Below, one piece after another: positions 29,630 to 37,619 of a stretch of DNA of 59,199 bases. Location: positions 1 through 59,199 of the forward strand of contig CALXFF010000005.1 of the NCBI GenBank assembly GCA_944387525.1. The letters run 5' to 3'. Position numbers and translations under genes: made by a program. Numbering within the stretch: the first letter of the stretch is position 1; each line of letters starts with the position of its first letter. The notes beneath the pieces are model-generated. The model did not search any database. It had not been told where the DNA came from and saw only the letters and a list, made by a program, of their open reading frames with translations. The DNA is from an uncultured Clostridia bacterium. Lineage in GTDB: Bacteria; Bacillota; Clostridia; TANB77; CAG-508.

Positions 29630-29872
29630 TCTATTGCTCCTTTCATTATATATTTATAGCACTATAAAATCAATATTTATTTTATAGTAAATCAGATGAT
29701 TTAAATAGTCTTTTCACTACTTTTCTCTCTTTTTCTTCTTATTTTTCAATTTTTCATTTTTTCGTGGAAATTACTTTGACTAAAAATTTTGAAATAAATT
29801 TATATTGTACAATATTTCTTTACTTTTCATTAATATAAATTTTATATTTTTAAAGCAAATTATTTATACCAT

Positions 29873-29910
29873 AAATTCCCAATTATGTCAAGCACAATTG
29901 GGAATTTTTT
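29873..29910 (-). terminator. cwlD terminator
   Basis: AAATTCCCAATT-N11-AATTGGGAATTT with flanking T runs. Confidence 0.7.
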
Positions 29911-29948
29911 GAAATATGTTAAATTTAAAAGTAAATTCCAGCAAAGAC

Positions 29949-30689
29949 TCAATTGGAATTTTCACTTTCAAGATTGTAAAAATAGTCTGTTATACCATTA
30001 TATATCCCCCATGCAAGCCTATTTTGATACTCATCTTCTTGCAATTGTTTTTCTTCTTCTGGATTAGACAAAAATCCACATTCAACTATTGAAATTGGTA
30101 TTTCTACATTTTTCATAATGTACACTGTATCTAACTTCATTGCTACTCTCTTATTCTCTTTTTGCATAGAATCATTTAAGTTTCCTTGTAATTGCTCTGC
30201 TAACATTTTACTATTATCATTTTTTGAATTAAAAAAACATTGCCAACCATAGTATTGTTGTTGTGGGATTTTATTTAAGTGTATTGAAACAAAAATGTCT
30301 GCTGAGGATTGGTTACCTATTTTTACTCTGTTTTTTATATCACTAACTTTTTTCTGTTTTAAGGTTTTACTGTCTAAATCATATATTGCATTTTCATCTG
30401 AACGTGTCAATATTACTGTACTGCCTGTTTGTTCTAATAAATTTTGCACCTTTAATGCTATTTTTAAGTTTATCTCCGCCTCAGTTGTCCCTGATTTACT
30501 TTCTGCTCCTTCATCTGGTGTTCCATGACCTGCATCTATTACTATTGTTTTGTTTGATGTTGGTGTAGATGTTGTTTCTACTGTTAATTCTTCTTTTTCT
30601 TTTAATGATATTTGAACTCCAAATACCAACACACTTACTAAAATTGTTGATAACATTATTTGTATTCTTTTTCTATTTATTACGAACAT
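29949..30689 (-). CDS. cwlD: N-acetylmuramoyl-L-alanine amidase (Amidase_3), CwlD-like germination-specific
   Basis: VIDAGHG...DEGA, SIHLN and an N-terminal TM helix, with CwlD size and layout. Confidence 0.75.
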   Translation of the reverse strand: MFVINRKRIQIMLSTILVSVLVFGVQISLKEKEELTVETTSTPTSNKTIVIDAGHGTPDEGAESKSGTTEAEINLKIALKVQNLLEQTGSTVILTRSDENAIYDLDSKTLKQKKVSDIKNRVKIGNQSSADIFVSIHLNKIPQQQYYGWQCFFNSKNDNSKMLAEQLQGNLNDSMQKENKRVAMKLDTVYIMKNVEIPISIVECGFLSNPEEEKQLQEDEYQNRLAWGIYNGITDYFYNLESENSN

Positions 30690-30749
30690 AATAAAACTCC
30701 TAATATAAATTTTTATTATTATATTTATATTAGGAGTTTTTCTTTTATA

Positions 30750-31232
30750 TTACTTTTTATTTTCTAAGTCATTATTAATTTTATGTATTGGAAAATTCTT
30801 AGCCTTTACTATATCCTTTAAACATTTAGGTAGTAGATTATATTCATCTATTTTATCTAAGTCTATCCAAACGTATTGTAAATATTCTTTTCCTTCTAAA
30901 TTGTGCATTGTATAATTTATATTTTTATCTTCTTCATCGGCAAACTCTATTCTATATAAAAAATATATTTCATGATATTTCTTATTTTCCATCTCAAAAA
31001 AGTTCTCAATTGTTGATACATATCCTAATATTTCAATTTTTTTACCTAATTCTTCTTGTATCTCTCTTTTTATTGTTTGTTCTGAACTCTCTCCTATTTC
31101 TACCCTTCCACCTGGTAAACAGTAATGGTCTTTATTTACATCTCTATGCGTTAATACTTTATTATCATGTATAAGTATTCCTCCTGCTCTTATGTTTAAT
31201 TTATAGTTTTCAACATCTAGCGTTAAATCCAT
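30750..31232 (-). CDS. NUDIX hydrolase
   Basis: Nudix box GGRVEIGESSEQTIKREIQEELG. Confidence 0.85.
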   Translation of the reverse strand: MDLTLDVENYKLNIRAGGILIHDNKVLTHRDVNKDHYCLPGGRVEIGESSEQTIKREIQEELGKKIEILGYVSTIENFFEMENKKYHEIYFLYRIEFADEEDKNINYTMHNLEGKEYLQYVWIDLDKIDEYNLLPKCLKDIVKAKNFPIHKINNDLENKK

Positions 31233-31380
31233 ATCTACTCACTCCTTTAATTTTTTAATTTTATCATTTTTCAATTATTCTTTCACCATAAATGATAGTA
31301 ATAATTTGGTTTACTTTTTCTATTATTTATGATATACTAAAATATAACAATAAATTTTTATTCAGTAGGAGGTCTTCATT

Positions 31381-31788
31381 ATGCAAAATGTAAAAGACTT
31401 AGCAACAATAATATGGGGTAAGGATGCACCAGAGGTAATAGCTTTTCTTCATGAAGAAGATTTATCTAAAAAAGTTAGTTTTCGGAATGAAGAATCTCTA
31501 ATGAATTATGTTGCAAGAATTCTTACAAGACACTGCAACAGAAGAATTGACAAATCTAATTCTCTTGATTTTTGGGAAGTTAGAAAAAAGTCCATTCAAA
31601 TTGATGTAGAACCGGAATACAAATCAAAAAACATATTGTATGTAATCCGATTGCTTACTGGAAAATTGCAGCCTTATCCTGAATTTCCAGAGACTGAATA
31701 CGATTTTAGCCAAGAAGATTTATCAGATATGGCTGAAGAAAGTTTCTGGGAAAATTCAGAAAAGAGAAGAGAATCTTGGATTTACTAA
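31381..31788 (+). CDS. Hypothetical 135-aa protein
   Basis: Good SD AGGAGG and a terminator downstream. No family recognised. Confidence 0.5.
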   Translation: MQNVKDLATIIWGKDAPEVIAFLHEEDLSKKVSFRNEESLMNYVARILTRHCNRRIDKSNSLDFWEVRKKSIQIDVEPEYKSKNILYVIRLLTGKLQPYPEFPETEYDFSQEDLSDMAEESFWENSEKRRESWIY

Positions 31789-31814
31789 TCCAACTAACAA
31801 CAACAAACTGAGTT

Positions 31815-31837
31815 AAGGGAGGAATTTTTCCTCCCTT
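31815..31837. terminator. Bidirectional terminator
   Basis: AAGGGAGG-aattttt-CCTCCCTT. Confidence 0.75.
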
Positions 31838-31853
31838 ATTCTATTTTTCTTTT

Positions 31854-32777
31854 TTACCTTCTCCTATCAACAGCATAACTACTTCCCATAACAGACTTAG
31901 CAGCATGTTTTACTTGAGCACCAACTTCTCCTATCTCTAGAATATTACCAAATCTACCAACATCTGCAACAACAACTCCAATTGAAAGTGAAGTTAGTGG
32001 AAATTGTTCGATAATTCCTTTACGATTTGCAACCTCTATATAACCTTTTTCTAAATCTTCGTCTGTAAAATATCTTTTAACATTTTCATCAAAATGAGCC
32101 AATATACTTTGGCACAACTTTTCACAAGTTAGACCTGATACAACAGCTACAAAATCATCTCCACCAATATGTCCTATAAAAGTATCTTCCATTCCACTTT
32201 CATGAACACATCTAATTATTGTATCTGCTGTAAACTCTATTATCTGGTCTCCTTTCAAGAAACCATACACATCATTATATGCTTTAAAGTTATCCAAATC
32301 TAAATACAAAACGCAAAATGGTTCTTTTCGTAAAATTCTCTTTTTTAATTCTGCATGTATTTGTACATTTCCTGGTAGGCCTGTCAATGGACTCATTCTT
32401 CTATTACTTGTTAATAATCTATTTATATTTTTTACAGTATAATACAAATAATATTCATCAACTGGTTTTTTTATATAATATTCTACCGATTCCTGTAATA
32501 TCCTAATTCTATGTTCTCTACTTGAATTTGAAGATACGACTATAACAGGTGTAATTGTATTGTCTTCGTCTTTTCTAATTTTTCTACATAACTCCACTAC
32601 ATCTCTATTTATAGCATCTTCGTTTATAACTATTAGCGATGGAATGTTTTTTAATGCTATATCTATTTGTTCACTTTTTACACTAATAAATTTGAATTCT
32701 TTATCATTTTTAAATAACTCTCTAAAAATCACTATTGATGAATCATCATCATCTATTATATATATTTCTTGTACCAT
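31854..32777 (-). CDS. Response-regulator receiver domain fused to a GGDEF-type domain (active-site variant GGDDF)
   Basis: REC domain (IYIIDDD...VVSS). The GGDEF fold shows LTGLPGN, LDLDNFKAYND and HIGGDDFVAVV, with no RxxD I-site upstream. Confidence 0.8.
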   Translation of the reverse strand: MVQEIYIIDDDDSSIVIFRELFKNDKEFKFISVKSEQIDIALKNIPSLIVINEDAINRDVVELCRKIRKDEDNTITPVIVVSSNSSREHRIRILQESVEYYIKKPVDEYYLYYTVKNINRLLTSNRRMSPLTGLPGNVQIHAELKKRILRKEPFCVLYLDLDNFKAYNDVYGFLKGDQIIEFTADTIIRCVHESGMEDTFIGHIGGDDFVAVVSGLTCEKLCQSILAHFDENVKRYFTDEDLEKGYIEVANRKGIIEQFPLTSLSIGVVVADVGRFGNILEIGEVGAQVKHAAKSVMGSSYAVDRRR

Positions 32778-32839
32778 TTTATCCCCTACCCATTTTTTCT
32801 TAATTATATACAAAACTATTACAATTTTTCAAGTTTTTT

Positions 32840-33676
32840 TCAGTCTTTTTTTGCTTTTTTAGTTACTTCTTTTGCAGTTTGAACTTCTCTAATTGCTTTC
32901 TCGTCCTTTCTTTTTCTCTTTTCTATTCTTTGCTTTATTTCTTCTTTTATTTCTTTTAATTCAACCTTTTTACTTAAAACTTCTGTTATCTCTTTAGTAT
33001 TAATAGCTGGGAAAGCCTTTTTTAAACGATATACATTTTTATACAAACGCAAAATTGTTTTATTTCTTTTATATTTTAGTTGTTCAATTATATACTGAAC
33101 ATTCTCTTCTTTTAATTTCTCTCTAATTTCGTTATTTAATTTTTCTATTTTCTCTAGTGTTACTTTTATATTCTTAACTTTAATAATGCTTGTTATCATA
33201 TCTACCAAGATTACTATGCCTAGAATGCTATATACAAATATTAATATTCTAACATCAATTTTTTCAATTAAATTTTCTATTGCTGGATGTATATATTTAA
33301 CAAATACCACTCCTAGAATTCCCCAAAATATTGAATTTGTTAAGCATATTCGTCCTTGAAAATTAAATTTATTTTTTGAGTAATCCCAATATTTTGTATG
33401 AAATAATTTTTCTAGTAAAACTCCTACAAGATATTCCCATATAGTTAAAACAACTATTGAAACAACAAATAATACTGCTAAATTGTCTGAAAATCTTTTC
33501 AAAAATAGTAGCATTATTATAGCTCCTACACCATATATTGGACAAAAAGGGCCTTTTAAAAAACCTGTATTTATTATTTTTTTCTCACAAATAGACCTAA
33601 ATATAGATTCCATCACCCAACCTAAAAAAGAATATGTTATAAAATAAATTATTATCTCTAAAAAACTATATTCCAT
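32840..33676 (-). CDS. CmpB-like (putative ABC-transporter type IV, PF06541-like) membrane protein with a C-terminal coiled coil
   Basis: YSFLGWVMESIFRS...GPFCPIYGVGA N-terminal signature; K/E-rich tail. Confidence 0.65.
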   Translation of the reverse strand: MEYSFLEIIIYFITYSFLGWVMESIFRSICEKKIINTGFLKGPFCPIYGVGAIIMLLFLKRFSDNLAVLFVVSIVVLTIWEYLVGVLLEKLFHTKYWDYSKNKFNFQGRICLTNSIFWGILGVVFVKYIHPAIENLIEKIDVRILIFVYSILGIVILVDMITSIIKVKNIKVTLEKIEKLNNEIREKLKEENVQYIIEQLKYKRNKTILRLYKNVYRLKKAFPAINTKEITEVLSKKVELKEIKEEIKQRIEKRKRKDEKAIREVQTAKEVTKKAKKD

Positions 33677-33773
33677 TATTTCCTCCGTGACTGCATTCTA
33701 CAGTTTATTAATTTTATTGTTTAAAGCCTCCTACTTTTTATTTTTGGTAGAAGGCTTCTTGTTTTTTCATATT

Positions 33774-34727
33774 TTATTTGTTAAATCTAACTTTTACTGT
33801 GTTACTTACTCCACTTTCATTATAAGCTGTTACTTCTAGTTTATTTTCTCCATCTTGTAATGGAAATCTATATTCAAATTCTTTTCTATCTTCAATTGAA
33901 TATACTTCGTCCAAGTTTATTGCATATTTATCAGTTTCATTTACAATAAATTCTACTCTCTTTAGTCCTTCATTATCTGATGCTTTAATTAGGAAGTTCT
34001 CTGTTCCATCTGCTGTTACTTCTAGATGTGGCTTTGTTACTCCTTTTACTTCTTGTGTTTTTGTTTGAGTTGTATTATTTACATCTACTACAATTACTGT
34101 TAATGTATGTTGACCTTCTGGTATTTCTATGCTTTGTTCAATTTCTGTATTATTAATATCGACTCTTTGTTCTTCTTCTTCATCCCAACGATATGTCATA
34201 TATGATAATTCATTTTTTCCTGTTGCCGTCACTTTTATATTGTTTCCATCTAACGCTAAATCTATTGTTATATCTCCTTCTAAGCTATATGCTTTTTGAT
34301 AACTTGTTTCTTGCCCATTAGTGTCTTGTGCATATATTGAAAGTATATTGTCTCCTGTTGGTACATCTATTACTTGCTCTACTTGTTTACTATTATTAGT
34401 CTGTACTTCTATTTCTTCTTCATTATTCCAACTATATGTTACTTTTGCTAAGGCTTTATCATGTAATACTCTTAATGTAATTTGTGTTCCATCTTCATTT
34501 TCTTCTACTTGAATAGTTGGTTTTGTGTTTGATGCATTTCCTTGTGAATTAACATACATTGAATATGAACCACTACCAATCATGAATATTCCAAATATTA
34601 GTATTGCAATTGCAAAGAATTTTAATATGCTTTCTATCGCAATTGGTCCACTATTTCTTGGCATTTTTTCTTTTTTTGCTTTTTTATTCTTTTTCTTTGT
34701 ATCTTCTACACTTAAAATTTGATTCAT
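33774..34727 (-). CDS. Membrane-anchored protein with three Ig-like/beta-sandwich repeats
   Basis: One TM helix, then three repeats of about 80 aa (KVTYSWNNEEE..., YMTYRWDEEEE..., RVEFIVNETDK...). Confidence 0.55.
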   Translation of the reverse strand: MNQILSVEDTKKKNKKAKKEKMPRNSGPIAIESILKFFAIAILIFGIFMIGSGSYSMYVNSQGNASNTKPTIQVEENEDGTQITLRVLHDKALAKVTYSWNNEEEIEVQTNNSKQVEQVIDVPTGDNILSIYAQDTNGQETSYQKAYSLEGDITIDLALDGNNIKVTATGKNELSYMTYRWDEEEEQRVDINNTEIEQSIEIPEGQHTLTVIVVDVNNTTQTKTQEVKGVTKPHLEVTADGTENFLIKASDNEGLKRVEFIVNETDKYAINLDEVYSIEDRKEFEYRFPLQDGENKLEVTAYNESGVSNTVKVRFNK

Positions 34728-34880
34728 TTTTTCACCTCTTTTGTTCTGTCATAGCTGATTATATCATAACCATTTTTTATTGTAAATATTTATTTTGTGA
34801 ATTTTTCATTACAAAATAGGTATAATTTTTACTACAATGGTTGCATTACTATTGCATTATTTTCTATTTTTTAAATAATA

Positions 34881-34905
34881 AAAACCGCTGATTTTTCAAC
34901 GGTTT
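34881..34905 (-). terminator. rpsF-ssb-rpsR operon terminator
   Basis: AAACCG-N12-CGGTTT plus a T run on the minus strand. Confidence 0.7.
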
Positions 34906-34925
34906 AATTTATTTTAATTTTTCAA

Positions 34926-35204
34926 TTAGTTTTGTGTATATGGTAAAACAGCGATATGTCTTGCTCTTTTTACTGCTGTTGTGATATCTCTTTGATGTTT
35001 AGCACATGCGCCAGTTGTTCTTCTTGGAAGTATTTTTCCTTTATCATTAACGAATTTTCTTAATTGTTCTGGATTTTTGTAATCTAATACAAAGTTTTTA
35101 TCACTACATAATAAACAAACTTTTTTTCTTTGTTTTCTGAATCTTGGATTATAATCCTCATCATAATTTTTATTATTTCTTTTATTTTGTTTTTTATCAG
35201 CCAT
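34926..35204 (-). CDS. rpsR: 30S ribosomal protein S18
   Basis: The C-terminus [32 protein letters not shown] is canonical S18. Confidence 0.95.
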   Translation of the reverse strand: MADKKQNKRNNKNYDEDYNPRFRKQRKKVCLLCSDKNFVLDYKNPEQLRKFVNDKGKILPRRTTGACAKHQRDITTAVKRARHIAVLPYTQN

Positions 35205-35225
35205 TTCTATTTTCCCCCCTGACTA

Positions 35226-35654
35226 TTAGAATGGTAAATCATCGTTTGAAGATACTTCAAAATCTGCTCCCATACTTCCTGGAGCTGTGTTTCCAAAAGT
35301 ATTTTCAAAATTACTATTGCTTGCATCTCCATCTCTTTTGCTATCTGCAAAATATGCTTCTTCTGCAACTACTTCTGTAACATAATGTTTAGTTCCTTGG
35401 TCATCATCCCAAGTTCTTGTTTGAATTCTTCCAACGATTGCTACTTGTTGACCTTTCTTAAAGTATTTGCTACAAAATTCTCCTAGTTTGCTCCATGCAA
35501 CTATGTTTATAAAATCTGCTTGTCTTTCTTCTCCTTGTCTTACAAATCTTCTATTTACTGCTAAACTAAAAGATGATACTAAGGTATTGTTTGTTTGTGT
35601 ATACCTAGTTTCTGGATCTCTTGTTAGTCTTCCCATTAAAATTACTTTGTTCAT
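35226..35654 (-). CDS. ssb: Single-stranded DNA-binding protein
   Basis: MNKVILMGRLTRDPE...OB fold, with the acidic tail DDLPF. Confidence 0.95.
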   Translation of the reverse strand: MNKVILMGRLTRDPETRYTQTNNTLVSSFSLAVNRRFVRQGEERQADFINIVAWSKLGEFCSKYFKKGQQVAIVGRIQTRTWDDDQGTKHYVTEVVAEEAYFADSKRDGDASNSNFENTFGNTAPGSMGADFEVSSNDDLPF

Positions 35655-35756
35655 TTACTATCACCTTTCTTTACTTTAAATAAAGGCCCCTATTCTTTAT
35701 TTAATTATTTTTACTTTTAATTTTTCTGTCTTTTGTTTCGAATATACATACTTAAA

Positions 35757-36035
35757 TTATTTTTTTACTACGATGAATTTGATTATGTCATCAGTAATTC
35801 TGTATACTCTTTCTAGTTCTTGTATAGAATCTGGTTTTGCTTCAAAGTTGAATAACATATATGTACCTTCTTTGAATTTTTTGATTTCATAAGCTAATCT
35901 TTTTTTACCCATGTTTTCAACAGATTCTACTTTTCCATTTTCATTTATTAATCCTGTGAATTTTTCTTCTAAAGCTTTTAAACCTGCTTCATCTACATTA
36001 GGATTAACAATGATAACACTTTCGTATTTGTTCAT
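35757..36035 (-). CDS. rpsF: 30S ribosomal protein S6
   Basis: MNKYESVIIVNPN...KRLAYEI. ATG 6 nt after GGGAGGTGA. Confidence 0.95.
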   Translation of the reverse strand: MNKYESVIIVNPNVDEAGLKALEEKFTGLINENGKVESVENMGKKRLAYEIKKFKEGTYMLFNFEAKPDSIQELERVYRITDDIIKFIVVKK

Positions 36036-36106
36036 TATTTTCACCTCCCTATGGATTATAACCTACCTGTGCGTTTTGCATGGTAAGTAGAGTTGTTTGC
36101 TTTTAA

Positions 36107-36141
36107 AAAATAGCTATGCTTCTTAAAAGCATAGCTATTTT
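36107..36141 (-). terminator. Terminator of the AAA ATPase gene
   Basis: AAAATAGCTATGCTT-cttaa-AAGCATAGCTATTTT. Confidence 0.75.
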
Positions 36142-36173
36142 ATCAGATTTTTATGTAAAAATCAAGTGTTTTT

Positions 36174-37508
36174 TTATTTTTCTTTCAAGTATCTTTTCAA
36201 TAAAAATGTTAAGAAATAAGGGAATGTATAAAATTTTCCATTAAAACCTATATTTTTATTACATAATTTTATTCCATACTTAATATCTTTATATAAATTA
36301 TTATTTATCAAATTATTAAGAGAAATTGTTGCATTATTATTTGCCTTTACTTCAATAGGAATCAAAGAATTTTTATCCCTTACCATAAAGTCCATTTCTA
36401 TTTTTTTGCTATCATCTTTATAAAAATATAAATTATATCCTTCTTTTACTAGCATATCACTTACTATATTTTCATATAAAGCACCTTTATAAGTATTCAT
36501 ATTTTCATTATTTCTTAAATCTTCTTGGACCTCTTCATCTAATGAACCAATTAATAATCCAGTATCTGCAAAATATAGTCTATAATTATCAGGATTGTAG
36601 TTTCCTTTTAATGGAAGAGATGCTTGCTCCATTGCATAAGAAATATTTACAATACCAGCATTTGAAAGCCATTCAACAACTCCCACATATTCTCTATTTC
36701 TCGCTCCATCTGCTATTTTTGATATTTGAAATTTTTTATTTTCATTACCTAAAAATACTGGTATTTTTCTATAGCAATTTAATATTTTTGTTTTATCTAA
36801 TCCTCCTGCATATTTTGTTATATCTTCTTCATAATCTAACAAAATTTGCTGTTGCATTCTTAAAATCCCACTAAAATTCTTATTTTGAACAAATTGACTT
36901 ACTATAGCTGGCATTCCTCCTACTATCATGTATTCCTTAAAATTAGAAATCATAACATCATATTGCATATTACTTAGCGGTTTTAAATCTAACATATGTT
37001 TATATAAATCGTAAATTTGCTCATTACTATATCCTTTAGCCCATAAGAATTCTTCAAAATCTAAAGATTTCATAATATAATCTTCTTTATTCCCAACACT
37101 ATTTGATTCAATTTCTTTATAGTTAATCCCCATTAGAGAACCTGAACAAATAACATCATATCTACCATCTTCTCTAAAGGCCTTTAATGAAGTTGCCGTA
37201 CTTACGCAGTCTTGCATTTCATCAAAAAATATTAATGTATTATGTTCGTTTAACTCAAGCTCTGGCATTTTTAGTGTTATGTTTTTTATTATATTGTCAA
37301 CTTCAAATCCTTCTTCGAATATTGTTTTAAATTGTGGTTGAAGCGCAAAATTTATTTCAATAAAAGTTTTATAATTATTGTTCCCAAAATTTCTAATTGC
37401 ATTTGTTTTTCCTATTTGCCTTGCACCTTTTACTATTAAAGGTAATTTTGAGCTACTATTTTTCCAATTGATAAGAAAATCATCAATTTTTCTTTTTAAT
37501 CTCTCCAT
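36174..37508 (-). CDS. AAA+ ATPase with a C-terminal DUF4143-like domain (AAA_14/DUF4143 family)
   Basis: Walker A GARQIGKT and Walker B LIFFDEMQ, with family-typical size. ATG 7 nt after GGGAGG. Confidence 0.8.
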   Translation of the reverse strand: MERLKRKIDDFLINWKNSSSKLPLIVKGARQIGKTNAIRNFGNNNYKTFIEINFALQPQFKTIFEEGFEVDNIIKNITLKMPELELNEHNTLIFFDEMQDCVSTATSLKAFREDGRYDVICSGSLMGINYKEIESNSVGNKEDYIMKSLDFEEFLWAKGYSNEQIYDLYKHMLDLKPLSNMQYDVMISNFKEYMIVGGMPAIVSQFVQNKNFSGILRMQQQILLDYEEDITKYAGGLDKTKILNCYRKIPVFLGNENKKFQISKIADGARNREYVGVVEWLSNAGIVNISYAMEQASLPLKGNYNPDNYRLYFADTGLLIGSLDEEVQEDLRNNENMNTYKGALYENIVSDMLVKEGYNLYFYKDDSKKIEMDFMVRDKNSLIPIEVKANNNATISLNNLINNNLYKDIKYGIKLCNKNIGFNGKFYTFPYFLTFLLKRYLKEK

Positions 37509-37531
37509 ATTTTTACCTCCCAATAGTATTT

Positions 37532-37607
37532 TATCACATTTATAGATTGTTTTCAAGTATGTTTTATCACATTTTTAGAACATTTTTTAGTCTGTTATAT
37601 CACATTT
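37532..37607 (-). promoter_or_regulatory. Three direct copies of an 18-bp box at exact 33-bp spacing; the proximal copy is an extended -10 promoter
   Basis: In gene orientation, CTA(A/T)AAATGTGATA(A/T)AA(C/T) three times. The core TATCACATTT is at 37532, 37565 and 37598 on the plus strand. The proximal copy reads TTGAAA-17-TAAAAT with TGn. Confidence 0.6.
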
Positions 37608-37619
37608 TTAGACATTTGA

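Noticed and set aside
36036-36106. A possible S6:S18-binding rpsF leader hairpin (ACUUACC-N14-GGUAGGU) in the rpsF 5' UTR.
   Set aside because: A 7-bp stem is present, but I cannot confirm the conserved features of the published rpsF leader motif from memory. A covariance-model scan (Rfam) is needed, so I did not report it as a feature.
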